This document shows, in pieces, positions 26,488 to 35,495 of a stretch of 64,000 nt of DNA. Within the stretch, counting starts at the first letter, position 1. Each line of letters begins with the position of its first letter. The notes below the pieces were generated by a model. It saw only the letters and a program-made list of their open reading frames with translations, did no database searches and was not told where the DNA came from. The DNA lies in the IMG/VR virus record IMGVR_UViG_3300025154_000091. The stretch is one strand, 5' to 3'. A program made the position numbers and the translations under genes. This DNA comes from an uncultured virus (IMG/VR IMGVR_UViG_3300025154_000091). Lineage: Duplodnaviria > Heunggongvirae > Uroviricota > Caudoviricetes.

Positions 26488-28103
26488 CGACACCACGGAG
26501 AATAAGTTTTCCAGAAGTAAAGACAGAGGTTGTACCGTTTGATGGAGGGCTTAATGAGACTGTATCTTCTCTTGAGATGAAGCCTGGAGAACTTATCCTC
26601 TGTAAAAACTACTACATAACTGAGGGATCTACAGGCGGTTATGTATCTCTTTCAGGATATGAAAGGTATGATGGTCAGCTCTCACCATCAGAAGTAGATG
26701 CAACACTAGGCGATCATGCAGCTAGAGATGCTGCAAGAGCAGCTATAGGTGAGGTAGGTGGTATAGGTGGAGAAGGCCCTGTGAGAGGAGTCTTTACCTT
26801 CCAAGGTAATGTATATGCCTTTAGAGATAAGGTTGGTGGGATAATTGCTGGAATGTATAAAAGCACCCTAGCTGGTTGGGTTGAGATAGATACATCAGCA
26901 GAACCTTTAGTCGCTGGAGGAACCTACACCTTCTCAGAGAACTATTATGCTGAGGTCGGACTTGGTGCTGTAGTGCTGTGGGCTAATGGTGTAGATAATG
27001 CTAGAATCTTTGATGGAACTACAGTAACTAAGATTGTAAATGCAGGGATGGGAGTTGACGATAAACCAGTATTCATTCTTGGAACTTGGGATAGAGCTGT
27101 AGTATCCTACCCGGGTGGATCTGTGCAGATGTCTAAGACTAGTGATCCTAGAGATTGGACTGTTGGGACAGTAGAGCTTCAGACAGGGTATGAGGTTACT
27201 TCACTCACATCCATGGTTGGAGATACTGTAGTGGTTACTGGTAGAACTAGAATAAGTATTATAAGAAGGGTTGATGCTGTCGACTATTCTGTCGAAACCT
27301 TCTCAGATGTTGTTGGTGCCTACCCATATACTGTCCAGAAACTGTTCGATACTATTGTGTTCATGAGTGATATGGGTGTTACTACCCTACAAGCATCTCA
27401 AGACTTCGGTGACTTCGCTACAGCCTCTGTGTCTGAAAAGATTAAAAGAACCTTACTTAGATATAAAGACAAGATAACCTGCTCTGTAGTAGTGAGACCT
27501 CTTAATCAGTATAGGCTGTACTTCAGTGATGGAAGGTTCTTAGTCTTCTCATTCTATAATAAGAAGCTAAGAGGTGTGACACTTTGTCAGTACCCAAACC
27601 CAGTGCTCTCAGCTACTGAAGGGAAGGATGTTTCTGGGAACCCTATAATGTTCTTCGCTTCTCTTCAAGGGTTTTTATATAAGATGGAGATAGGTACTTC
27701 ATTTGATGGAGCACCTATAGATACTAAAATGTCTACACCCTATTATCACTATAAGGCTCCTAGACATTGGAAGAGTTTCCAACAGATCACTCTAGAGGTA
27801 GCTTCTATAGATGAGTTGACTTTCGGAGTTCGGCCATCTTTTGATTATCTAGCGAGAGGAACTACTAGAGCAGCTGAAGAGTTCTTTGATATTATGGGAG
27901 CTGGTAGTGTGTATGGAGAAGATGAGTGGGGGGCAGCTACTTCTATATGGGGTGGTTCTGAATCCACTAACAGGGTTATGTATAAGTTTCATGGAATAGG
28001 TTCTAATATGAGCGTATCTCTCTACACCATTACAGCATATAATAGATTTCATACTGTGCAGAATCTGATCACAGACTTCACTATCCTTGGGAGACAGATG
28101 TAA
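26484..28103 (+). CDS. Tail nozzle / stabilization protein
   Basis: FDGGLN N-terminus; beta-rich 539 aa; position. Confidence 0.7.
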   Translation: MTTPRRISFPEVKTEVVPFDGGLNETVSSLEMKPGELILCKNYYITEGSTGGYVSLSGYERYDGQLSPSEVDATLGDHAARDAARAAIGEVGGIGGEGPVRGVFTFQGNVYAFRDKVGGIIAGMYKSTLAGWVEIDTSAEPLVAGGTYTFSENYYAEVGLGAVVLWANGVDNARIFDGTTVTKIVNAGMGVDDKPVFILGTWDRAVVSYPGGSVQMSKTSDPRDWTVGTVELQTGYEVTSLTSMVGDTVVVTGRTRISIIRRVDAVDYSVETFSDVVGAYPYTVQKLFDTIVFMSDMGVTTLQASQDFGDFATASVSEKIKRTLLRYKDKITCSVVVRPLNQYRLYFSDGRFLVFSFYNKKLRGVTLCQYPNPVLSATEGKDVSGNPIMFFASLQGFLYKMEIGTSFDGAPIDTKMSTPYYHYKAPRHWKSFQQITLEVASIDELTFGVRPSFDYLARGTTRAAEEFFDIMGAGSVYGEDEWGAATSIWGGSESTNRVMYKFHGIGSNMSVSLYTITAYNRFHTVQNLITDFTILGRQM

Positions 28104-29537
28104 ATGGCAAGTACTTATTACGACAGTGTAGGTAAAACAGTAAATGACGGGGATGTGATATACGCTGCTGATTTGAACACTATCAATTCTGCAGTAGATA
28201 CAGCCCTACAGCAGGTAGAGGTTGACATAAGCACTGTAGCAGTTAATCAGTCATTCTACTCAGACCTAGCTCAGAAGTGGGCTGAGAATACTGAAGATAC
28301 AGAAGTTGAGCCCGGGTCTTATTCAGCACTTCATTGGGCTGCTAAGTCTGAGGATCACGCTATTGATGCCTCAGCTCAGGTTGGTTTAGCTGCAGCTCAG
28401 GTTGGTTTAGCAACTACCCAAGCTGGTTTAGCAACCACTCAAGCTGGTATAGCTACTACCCAAGCTGGTATAGCTACTACACAGGCAGGCACTGCAACCA
28501 CTCAGGCTGGTATAGCTACTACACAGGCTGGTATAGCTACTACCAAAGCCGGGGAGGCTTCAGACAATGCTGCTGCTTCTCTAGCCTCAGAGGTTGCTGC
28601 AGAGGCATCAGCCCTTGAGGCAGCTACGTATATTAATGGAAAGATAGATTATGTTGTGGATGGGGATTTTAACTCGTGGTTGGACGGAACATCACACAGC
28701 ACTTCTGGATACGGATCAGCAACTATGTGGGGAATAGCGAAGACACTTTCTACCCTTACATTGAGCAGACAGGATTTTACTATCGGTCAGGTCGATGTGC
28801 CTGGAGGAAATACTTATTACGCACGTTCAGTAGTTTCTGACTCTGGAGGAATATCTTTTGCTGGTATATATAATATTATAGAGGGTGTTAAGACATTAGC
28901 CAATAAAGATATCACACTATCCTTCTATGCAAAAGCAGACGCAAGTAAACCTATGGGGTTCTACTTACTTCAGAGCTTTGGAACTGGAGGATCTAGTGGT
29001 GTATCTTTTGGGAAGACTCTCGTTAATCTAACAACATCTTGGACTAAATTTGACATAACGATAAACGCACCATCTATCTCTGGAAAGACTATTGCTGGTG
29101 GTAACGACGGCCTTTATATATATTTCATATTCGATGATTATGATGCAGCTCCCATAATCCCAGGAATGAGTGGGCAATCGGGGACTTTCGATATAGCTAG
29201 GGTTAGGCTAGTAGAAGGGAGTAGAGATGGTGACAGTATTCAGCACACTGTAGCAGAAGATGCTTTGATGGTTAGTAGATACTATCAAGTAGGATTTGGA
29301 AGTATATTTAGTGGCAATATAACTAATGGAAGTACTTATGCAGTGTCAACACCTTTCCAAGGCATTATGAGAGGGGTTCCAGAAATAACTGTAGCAAATG
29401 CTTTAAACTCCTCCTTTCCGGCAACCACTGGAATTATTACCGCTCATGGTAATAACTATGTAGAGAGTAGGGTGGCTAGTGCAACAGTATCCGCTGGATA
29501 CTATGGATCTACTTACAAACTAAACGCTAGGTTATAA
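28104..29537 (+). CDS. Tail fiber protein
   Basis: YSALHWA motif, heptad repeats, carbohydrate-binding-like C-terminus. Confidence 0.8.
   Translation: MASTYYDSVGKTVNDGDVIYAADLNTINSAVDTALQQVEVDISTVAVNQSFYSDLAQKWAENTEDTEVEPGSYSALHWAAKSEDHAIDASAQVGLAAAQVGLATTQAGLATTQAGIATTQAGIATTQAGTATTQAGIATTQAGIATTKAGEASDNAAASLASEVAAEASALEAATYINGKIDYVVDGDFNSWLDGTSHSTSGYGSATMWGIAKTLSTLTLSRQDFTIGQVDVPGGNTYYARSVVSDSGGISFAGIYNIIEGVKTLANKDITLSFYAKADASKPMGFYLLQSFGTGGSSGVSFGKTLVNLTTSWTKFDITINAPSISGKTIAGGNDGLYIYFIFDDYDAAPIIPGMSGQSGTFDIARVRLVEGSRDGDSIQHTVAEDALMVSRYYQVGFGSIFSGNITNGSTYAVSTPFQGIMRGVPEITVANALNSSFPATTGIITAHGNNYVESRVASATVSAGYYGSTYKLNARL
28374..28559 (+). repeat. About 9 imperfect 21-bp coding repeats (TQAGIAT)
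   Basis: Visible tandem units. Confidence 0.85.
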
Positions 29538-30077
29538 ATGAAAAAATATGCACTAGAATCTGACGGAACATATACTGATAATGAGTCTGGAGCTAGGAAT
29601 ATTCATCCTGGAAGTTCCTCATGGTCATCTGTAGAACTATGGCTGTCCGATGGCAATACCCCAGTACCGCCCAAGCCGTCTGATTATCATGATCTTATAG
29701 GTGATAATTGGATCCTAAACCTCGAGAGAGCTAAAGATACTATGTGGGAAAAGATTAAAGCTGAGAGGGATTTGAGGAAGAATGGAGGGTTTAAAGTTGG
29801 AGGTAAGTGGTATCACTCTGATCAGGACTCTAGAATCCAGCAGCTAGGATTGCTTATAGCTGGTGCTGCTATCCCACTCATCCCTTGGAAGACTATGGAT
29901 GGTACATTTGAGACTCTTACCCCAGCTCTTGTCAATCAAATCTTTCAGGCTGGATTCGCCTTAGATACAGCTCTATTCGCTCAGGCAGAGCAGCATAGAA
30001 CTCTTATGATGAACAGCTCTGACCCTCTCAACTATAACTACAAGGTTGGTTGGTCTGAGAACTTCTTAGGTGTGTAA
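29538..30077 (+). CDS. DUF4376-like tail fiber-associated protein
   Basis: WEKIKAERD..GGFKVGGKWYHSD..WKTMDG. Confidence 0.75.
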   Translation: MKKYALESDGTYTDNESGARNIHPGSSSWSSVELWLSDGNTPVPPKPSDYHDLIGDNWILNLERAKDTMWEKIKAERDLRKNGGFKVGGKWYHSDQDSRIQQLGLLIAGAAIPLIPWKTMDGTFETLTPALVNQIFQAGFALDTALFAQAEQHRTLMMNSSDPLNYNYKVGWSENFLGV

Positions 30078-30078
30078 T

Positions 30079-30576
30079 ATGAAATATGAAGATGTAAGAT
30101 CTACAATAACTAGTGGAGATATTGTAGCATTTACACATACGGGTTGGAGCTCTTGGAGTGATGTAGAGTCTCAGATTGTAAGAATGGCAACTAGATCAGA
30201 ATTCTCCCACGTTGCTATGGCGTGGGTAGTTGCTGAGAGAGTGTTCATCATAGAAGCAGTAGTCCCTGAGATTCGTATATTCCCACTATCTAATTTCAAA
30301 GAATTCTTCCTACTAAGAAGCCATACACCACTTAGTATAGATGCAGAAGAGTTTGCGCTCTCTAGGGTTGGGGAGAGATATTCTAAATGGGAAGCTATTA
30401 AGGGATATTTTGGTAGAAACAAAGATGATAGGTACTGGCAGTGTGCAGAGTTTGTTAGTTCAGTGCTGAGTAAGGATGGGATAGATCTTCCTGGCAGAGA
30501 TACACCTACAGATCTTGTAAGAGGTGCTATGGATATGCTTGGATGTAACTTAGAATTAATTACAAATAGAGGTTAA
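30079..30576 (+). CDS. Permuted papain-like NlpC/P60 protein
   Basis: GDIV..SHVAM..IEA..CAEFV (His before Cys). Confidence 0.75.
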   Translation: MKYEDVRSTITSGDIVAFTHTGWSSWSDVESQIVRMATRSEFSHVAMAWVVAERVFIIEAVVPEIRIFPLSNFKEFFLLRSHTPLSIDAEEFALSRVGERYSKWEAIKGYFGRNKDDRYWQCAEFVSSVLSKDGIDLPGRDTPTDLVRGAMDMLGCNLELITNRG

Positions 30577-30578
30577 AT

Positions 30579-31589
30579 ATGGCAGACTATGGATTGCTCT
30601 TAGGTCCAAACCCAACACCCAGCACTCCGCTTCCTCAACAGCCTATGCAGACTCCAACAACTACAGCACCTGAAACTGCAGTACCTGAAACTACAGCACC
30701 CACAACAACTATTAATCAAAGTGCTCAGGATGTCGCAGCAGCTCAAGGAGTTTCATACGAAGATATAGCTACATCAGCTCAGGAGGCTCCTACAAATACA
30801 GCACCGGTTTATGATGCTACTAGAGTCGCATCTCAGATTGCAGATGCTGCAGCCATTAAGACTGGAACATCGTATTACGATGAGGCTAAAGGTACTGTAG
30901 CTGGTAGGCTCACTTCGTTACTAAATAACGAAAGTCCCTATATGAAGCAGGTAGAGCAAAGATCTAAAGAGGCTGCTTCACGTAAAGGACTGCTTAATAC
31001 ATCTATAGCTGTTCAGTCAGGACAGGCAGCTGCCTATGAGGCAGCTATTCCTATAGCAACTACAGATGCTACTGAGTTTAATAAGTTTGGACTACAGCAG
31101 CAGACAGCAGAGAATCAGCAGAAAACTATACAGTCAGAGGCTATCGTATCTGGTGAGATGACTCAGCAGAAAGCAGCTATAGCTCAGCAATCTCAGAATA
31201 TTCAGAATGCTTTTAATGCTAGATTGTCAGGTGCTAATGAGGAAAGTAAAGCTTGGCTGGAGGGTATGGCACAAAATCACGATAAGGCTATGAAAGATCT
31301 TGAACAGAGTCAGAACCTTGTGCTCCAGCAGTTCCAGAATGATCTTGAGAAACAGAAGACTGCATCTACACTTGCCTCACAGACCATGCAGAACTATCAG
31401 ATCTCTGTAGAGAACCTTATGACTGATCCGGACTTTATGGACCTAGGTCCTACAGCTATGAACAATGCTATAAATCAAATGCAGATCCTTGCAAAAAACT
31501 CTATCAAGTTTATTGGTGCAGCTGCTAATATCCCTAACTTCTCTCAGTGGGCTAATACGTATCTCACTGCCCTGAACGTGGCCTCTTAA
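30579..31589 (+). CDS. Probable internal virion / ejection protein
   Basis: Q/A-rich; GLLNTSIAV motif; position. Confidence 0.6.
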   Translation: MADYGLLLGPNPTPSTPLPQQPMQTPTTTAPETAVPETTAPTTTINQSAQDVAAAQGVSYEDIATSAQEAPTNTAPVYDATRVASQIADAAAIKTGTSYYDEAKGTVAGRLTSLLNNESPYMKQVEQRSKEAASRKGLLNTSIAVQSGQAAAYEAAIPIATTDATEFNKFGLQQQTAENQQKTIQSEAIVSGEMTQQKAAIAQQSQNIQNAFNARLSGANEESKAWLEGMAQNHDKAMKDLEQSQNLVLQQFQNDLEKQKTASTLASQTMQNYQISVENLMTDPDFMDLGPTAMNNAINQMQILAKNSIKFIGAAANIPNFSQWANTYLTALNVAS

Positions 31590-32032
31590 TGAACCCTTGT
31601 ACGATACTAGACCTAAGTAAGGTGGCCGATGTTGCAACTAAGCATTTTGGTGAAGACGCTACTCTTTGGGCACGTACTAAACTATATAGCCCTATAGATA
31701 AGTTATTTTATTTTAATGAAAATTTAGTACTTCTCATAGAGGCTATAGGTGACTACAAGTTCTCTATCCACACTATAGGAAGTACTAATAAGGTAAAAGA
31801 ATACAGGGACTTTACAATCAATGCAGGTTCTTGGATGTTTGATAACACTACATGTACATGTCTCATAGCTTTTGCAGCTGCTAGTAATCTAAGGATGCAG
31901 AGGTTCATAGGTCTTACAGGTGGTAAGAGAGTTGGTGTCATTCCTGATGCTGGCGGAATAGAAGATGAAATTATGTATGTCTACCCTATTAGGGATAGAA
32001 TAGAATTGGAGGAAAGGATATGCCGGCAGTAG
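31589..32032 (+). CDS. Possible GNAT-like protein
   Basis: Weak C-terminal GNAT-like pattern; typical position. Confidence 0.4.
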   Translation: MNPCTILDLSKVADVATKHFGEDATLWARTKLYSPIDKLFYFNENLVLLIEAIGDYKFSIHTIGSTNKVKEYRDFTINAGSWMFDNTTCTCLIAFAAASNLRMQRFIGLTGGKRVGVIPDAGGIEDEIMYVYPIRDRIELEERICRQ

Positions 32033-32850
32033 CATTAGGTGGGATGTTTCTAACATCAGCATTTGCAGCCACCACTATTGGTACTATAACAGCTGGACTG
32101 ATTGGTGGAGCCCTTATAGGTGCTGCTATTGGTGGTATCTCTGCAGCTGTAATGGGTGGAGATATTGGTAAAGGTATGCTCTTCGGTGCTGTAGGTGGTG
32201 CCGTTATGGGTGGTATTGGTGGTTGGGTTGCAGGACCATCCGCTACTGGGGCTTCTGGTCTAACCATGGGTGCATCTACAGCTCATGAAGCTGCTAGAGG
32301 TGGTGTGCTTGCTGCCACTCAGGGTGTTGGTCAGACGATTGCAGGAGGTACAGGAACTAGTATGTTTGGGGATATGGGTACTGGAGCAGCTCTAGTCACT
32401 ACAGGTGGTCAGATGCTGATGGGTGCCTTTGATGACTCAGGAGAAGTAGCAGCCTCTGAAGCAGAGAAAGCTAGAGCTCACTCCAGAGAGCTGGCACAGC
32501 TTCAAGCAGAGACTCAACTTAAGATAGCAGAGATGTCAGGTAAAAGTGGTGGTTCTAGTTCTGATGCAGCTAAGTATGCTGCAGATCTACAGCTCCTGAA
32601 TGCTAGAGAGCAGAGACAGCAGGATTATAAATTGAAATCTGAAGAGTGGTCAATGCTTGAAGCCTCTCGTAATCGTAGGAGAGCAGCTGTAGAGGGAATC
32701 AGTTTCAAAGAAGCTCAAGAGCCTCAAGCTACTCAGCCTGGACCTGTAGCTCCTGGAGTAATGAATCCAGTAGCAGCTCAACCGATCCCATATGCACCGG
32801 CCCAGCAGGGCATGCTGCAGCAGCCTCAGGAGGTTCCAGTTGGCCAATGA
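32020..32850 (+). CDS. Gly/Ala-rich ejection protein
   Basis: Glycine-zipper hydrophobic N-terminus. Confidence 0.6.
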   Translation: MPAVALGGMFLTSAFAATTIGTITAGLIGGALIGAAIGGISAAVMGGDIGKGMLFGAVGGAVMGGIGGWVAGPSATGASGLTMGASTAHEAARGGVLAATQGVGQTIAGGTGTSMFGDMGTGAALVTTGGQMLMGAFDDSGEVAASEAEKARAHSRELAQLQAETQLKIAEMSGKSGGSSSDAAKYAADLQLLNAREQRQQDYKLKSEEWSMLEASRNRRRAAVEGISFKEAQEPQATQPGPVAPGVMNPVAAQPIPYAPAQQGMLQQPQEVPVGQ

Positions 32851-33679
32851 TACTAGAGGTGGAGTCCTTCGAGGGGACGCTAGAGCCCGTACCGGTGTAG
32901 AAGGACAAGATATTAGAACAAGTATGGGAAGAGAAGATCATCTAAGTAGAGGATCCTTTGTCAACTACTATGATGATCTTGGGATATCTACTACAGCTTC
33001 AGGTGCTAAAGAGATTAGAGCTAATGAAGCTAAGTTTAATCAAACTATAGCAGATCAGCAGGGTAAAGTAAGTGGTGCTAGGAGTGAAATAGACAGTGCT
33101 TATAAAGCTGGACAGTCTCAAATCTCTGCAGCATGGGAGAGTCTACCAGGATATAAGGAAGCTATTAGTGAGTCTTGGAACAAGACACAAAAGGGCTTAA
33201 CCCCCATCCATGTAGTTCATGGAACTGGAGATGACTTTGTTACTGAAGGAACTTACTACTTACCTAAAGAAGCTCTTGATGAGATACAAAAGCAAGAGGG
33301 AGTAGCTTATAGGTGGGATGATAAGGGTAACTTCTACGTGGATGTAAAGACTAGTAAGGGTGATAGGACTATAGGACAAGAACTTCACGATGCCTTCAGG
33401 CAGGGGCAAGAAGATTACTACAACTCTTGGTACTCACAGGCAGCTCCCACTATAGCACAGCAGATTAATCAAGGTGCATCAGCGCTTAATGCAGCCTCTA
33501 GTCAACTAGAGTCTTCTTATGCATCTCAGAGTGGAGAGATAGGCACTGCACAGAGTATTATAGATTCTGCAACTGGTCAAAGAAATATGGATTGGGCAAA
33601 GATGAGAGAAGATTACGCAAGGAAGAAAGCTACTATAGCTGAGATCTTTGGCAACTTTAATGTAGCGGAGGCTAAGTAA
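32840..33679 (+). CDS. Hypothetical virion protein (TTG start after AGGAGG)
   Basis: ORF track with start refined. Confidence 0.6.
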   Translation: MANDTRGGVLRGDARARTGVEGQDIRTSMGREDHLSRGSFVNYYDDLGISTTASGAKEIRANEAKFNQTIADQQGKVSGARSEIDSAYKAGQSQISAAWESLPGYKEAISESWNKTQKGLTPIHVVHGTGDDFVTEGTYYLPKEALDEIQKQEGVAYRWDDKGNFYVDVKTSKGDRTIGQELHDAFRQGQEDYYNSWYSQAAPTIAQQINQGASALNAASSQLESSYASQSGEIGTAQSIIDSATGQRNMDWAKMREDYARKKATIAEIFGNFNVAEAK

Positions 33680-34344
33680 TGGAGAAAGAGTATGCAGCAC
33701 AAGAAGCTCTTCAGCCTGGAGGCGGTGTAATAGCCCCTCCTGTGCAGGAAGTACAAGCCCCCGCACCTGCACCTACAGCACCTGAAGAGGGTGTAATGGG
33801 TGGTTCTGAACAGGCTACTGAAGAGATGATGAGTAAGGCTGATCAAGCTTACATTGGCGGTCTGATGAAGATGCTCCATAGTAAAGAGACAGCACCTCTA
33901 GTTGAAGAGATGCTTGCAGCTGGTCCTCCAGATAAGTCGATACCTACTATCGCCAATCAGGTTAATGCTCAGATGGAAGCAGCTGTAGGTAAGAAGCCCT
34001 CCCTTGAGACAGCTCTTATGGGTGGAGTATATTTGGTACAGGATCTTGCAGAGATTGGAACGACTGCAGGATACTTCGAGCCTTTAGCTGAAGAGCAGAT
34101 GAAACCTATCCTCCAGCAGACTATGCAGATGTATATTGAGGCTGGACTTAAGGATGGTAGTATAGATCCTGTAGAACTTCAAGAGAAGGTAGAGCCTCTA
34201 ATGGATGATGACCAGAGAGCTACAGGTATGCAAGCTGCTGAGATGACTGGTGTATCTCCTAAGGCTACTGAGCAGACTGCAATGGCTGCTTATGGTAGAC
34301 AGAAAGAAAGACAGGGTATGATGAAGAGTGGAGGTAAAGCATAA
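33679..34344 (+). CDS. Hypothetical virion protein
   Basis: Coupled ORF. Confidence 0.65.
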   Translation: MEKEYAAQEALQPGGGVIAPPVQEVQAPAPAPTAPEEGVMGGSEQATEEMMSKADQAYIGGLMKMLHSKETAPLVEEMLAAGPPDKSIPTIANQVNAQMEAAVGKKPSLETALMGGVYLVQDLAEIGTTAGYFEPLAEEQMKPILQQTMQMYIEAGLKDGSIDPVELQEKVEPLMDDDQRATGMQAAEMTGVSPKATEQTAMAAYGRQKERQGMMKSGGKA

Positions 34345-35495
34345 TGGCTTTTAACTTCGGTGGTATGATGAGAGGTCTAGGTGCTGGTCTTACACAGACA
34401 GGCGCCTGGATGAAGGAACAGGAGAAGTTAGATTGGGAGACTCAGCAAGCTACTCTCAGGTATGAGAGAGAGATGCACATGGAAGCTCTTAGAACTAAAG
34501 CTGCTAAGGAGTCGCAGCAAGCTGGATTCACTCACGCTGAGACTCTTCAAGCTGGATCACTCGGTCATGCTGAGAAGATGACTGAGATGCAGATAGGTGC
34601 TAATAGAGAGACAGCTGATAGAGCTTATGGGTTGGACCTTAAACGCCTTAGCATCCAAGAGCAAGAGGCTGCAGCTAATGCAAGTGCCAGAGGTGTCGCT
34701 GCTTCTAATGACTCTGCAAGGCTGAAGATTGCACAAGATCAGGCCGCTATGGAGGCTGAGAAGTATAACGCCTCCAAACCTGAAGCTCAGATAGCTATGA
34801 GAGAGAAGCAAAGATCTGCCCTAGTAGAGAGTGGTATTCCTAAAGAGTATGTAGAGGTTTATGTTCAGACAGGCAACTTAACTCTTCCAAAGAAAGATGG
34901 TAAAGATATCTCAGTGAATGGTGAGAACATCTTGAAGGCTAAGGAGATGGGAACAGCCGCATATGATCTTATGGATGAAGCTGAACAAACCAGATTCAAT
35001 ACTGAGAATGGAATAAAGGGTAATGATAAAGCAGCTGGTAGGAAAGCTATGGGAGATATGTCAGTAAGCGATCTCCTATATACAGCTACTGGATCTGGTG
35101 GAACACCTACAGGTGGTATACTAGCTGGTGTACCCAAATCTGGAGGTAAAGTAAACCTGAGAGAAGAGATACAAAAAGCAACAGCTGGAGATGCTGAGGC
35201 TGAGGGAAGGCTTCAAGCTTTGCAGAAGCAGAACCCTACAGACCCATTAGTAATAGACGCTAACAGAGAAGTTGCTGCATCTAAACAGAAGAAAGTGCCA
35301 GAAGCCTCTAGTCCCTCGACAACTAGAGCGCCTTCAGCTAAGCAAACACAGGCTGCTGTAAAGAAATCTACAGCCACTGAGGTAGCTATTAGAGGAACTG
35401 CAGAAGAGAACGACCTAGCACTTAAGAATCACGGTAAAGAGTTTAAGTATCTTACTGCTAAACAGCAGAGCCAAATTAGAAAAATGGTGGATTAA
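34344..35495 (+). CDS. Probable ejection protein
   Basis: Gly-rich start, coiled coil, precedes the giant protein. Confidence 0.6.
   Translation: MAFNFGGMMRGLGAGLTQTGAWMKEQEKLDWETQQATLRYEREMHMEALRTKAAKESQQAGFTHAETLQAGSLGHAEKMTEMQIGANRETADRAYGLDLKRLSIQEQEAAANASARGVAASNDSARLKIAQDQAAMEAEKYNASKPEAQIAMREKQRSALVESGIPKEYVEVYVQTGNLTLPKKDGKDISVNGENILKAKEMGTAAYDLMDEAEQTRFNTENGIKGNDKAAGRKAMGDMSVSDLLYTATGSGGTPTGGILAGVPKSGGKVNLREEIQKATAGDAEAEGRLQALQKQNPTDPLVIDANREVAASKQKKVPEASSPSTTRAPSAKQTQAAVKKSTATEVAIRGTAEENDLALKNHGKEFKYLTAKQQSQIRKMVD

Noticed and set aside
28374..28559. CRISPR-like or regulatory array
   Set aside because: In-frame degenerate heptad repeats in a tail fiber, with no spacers.
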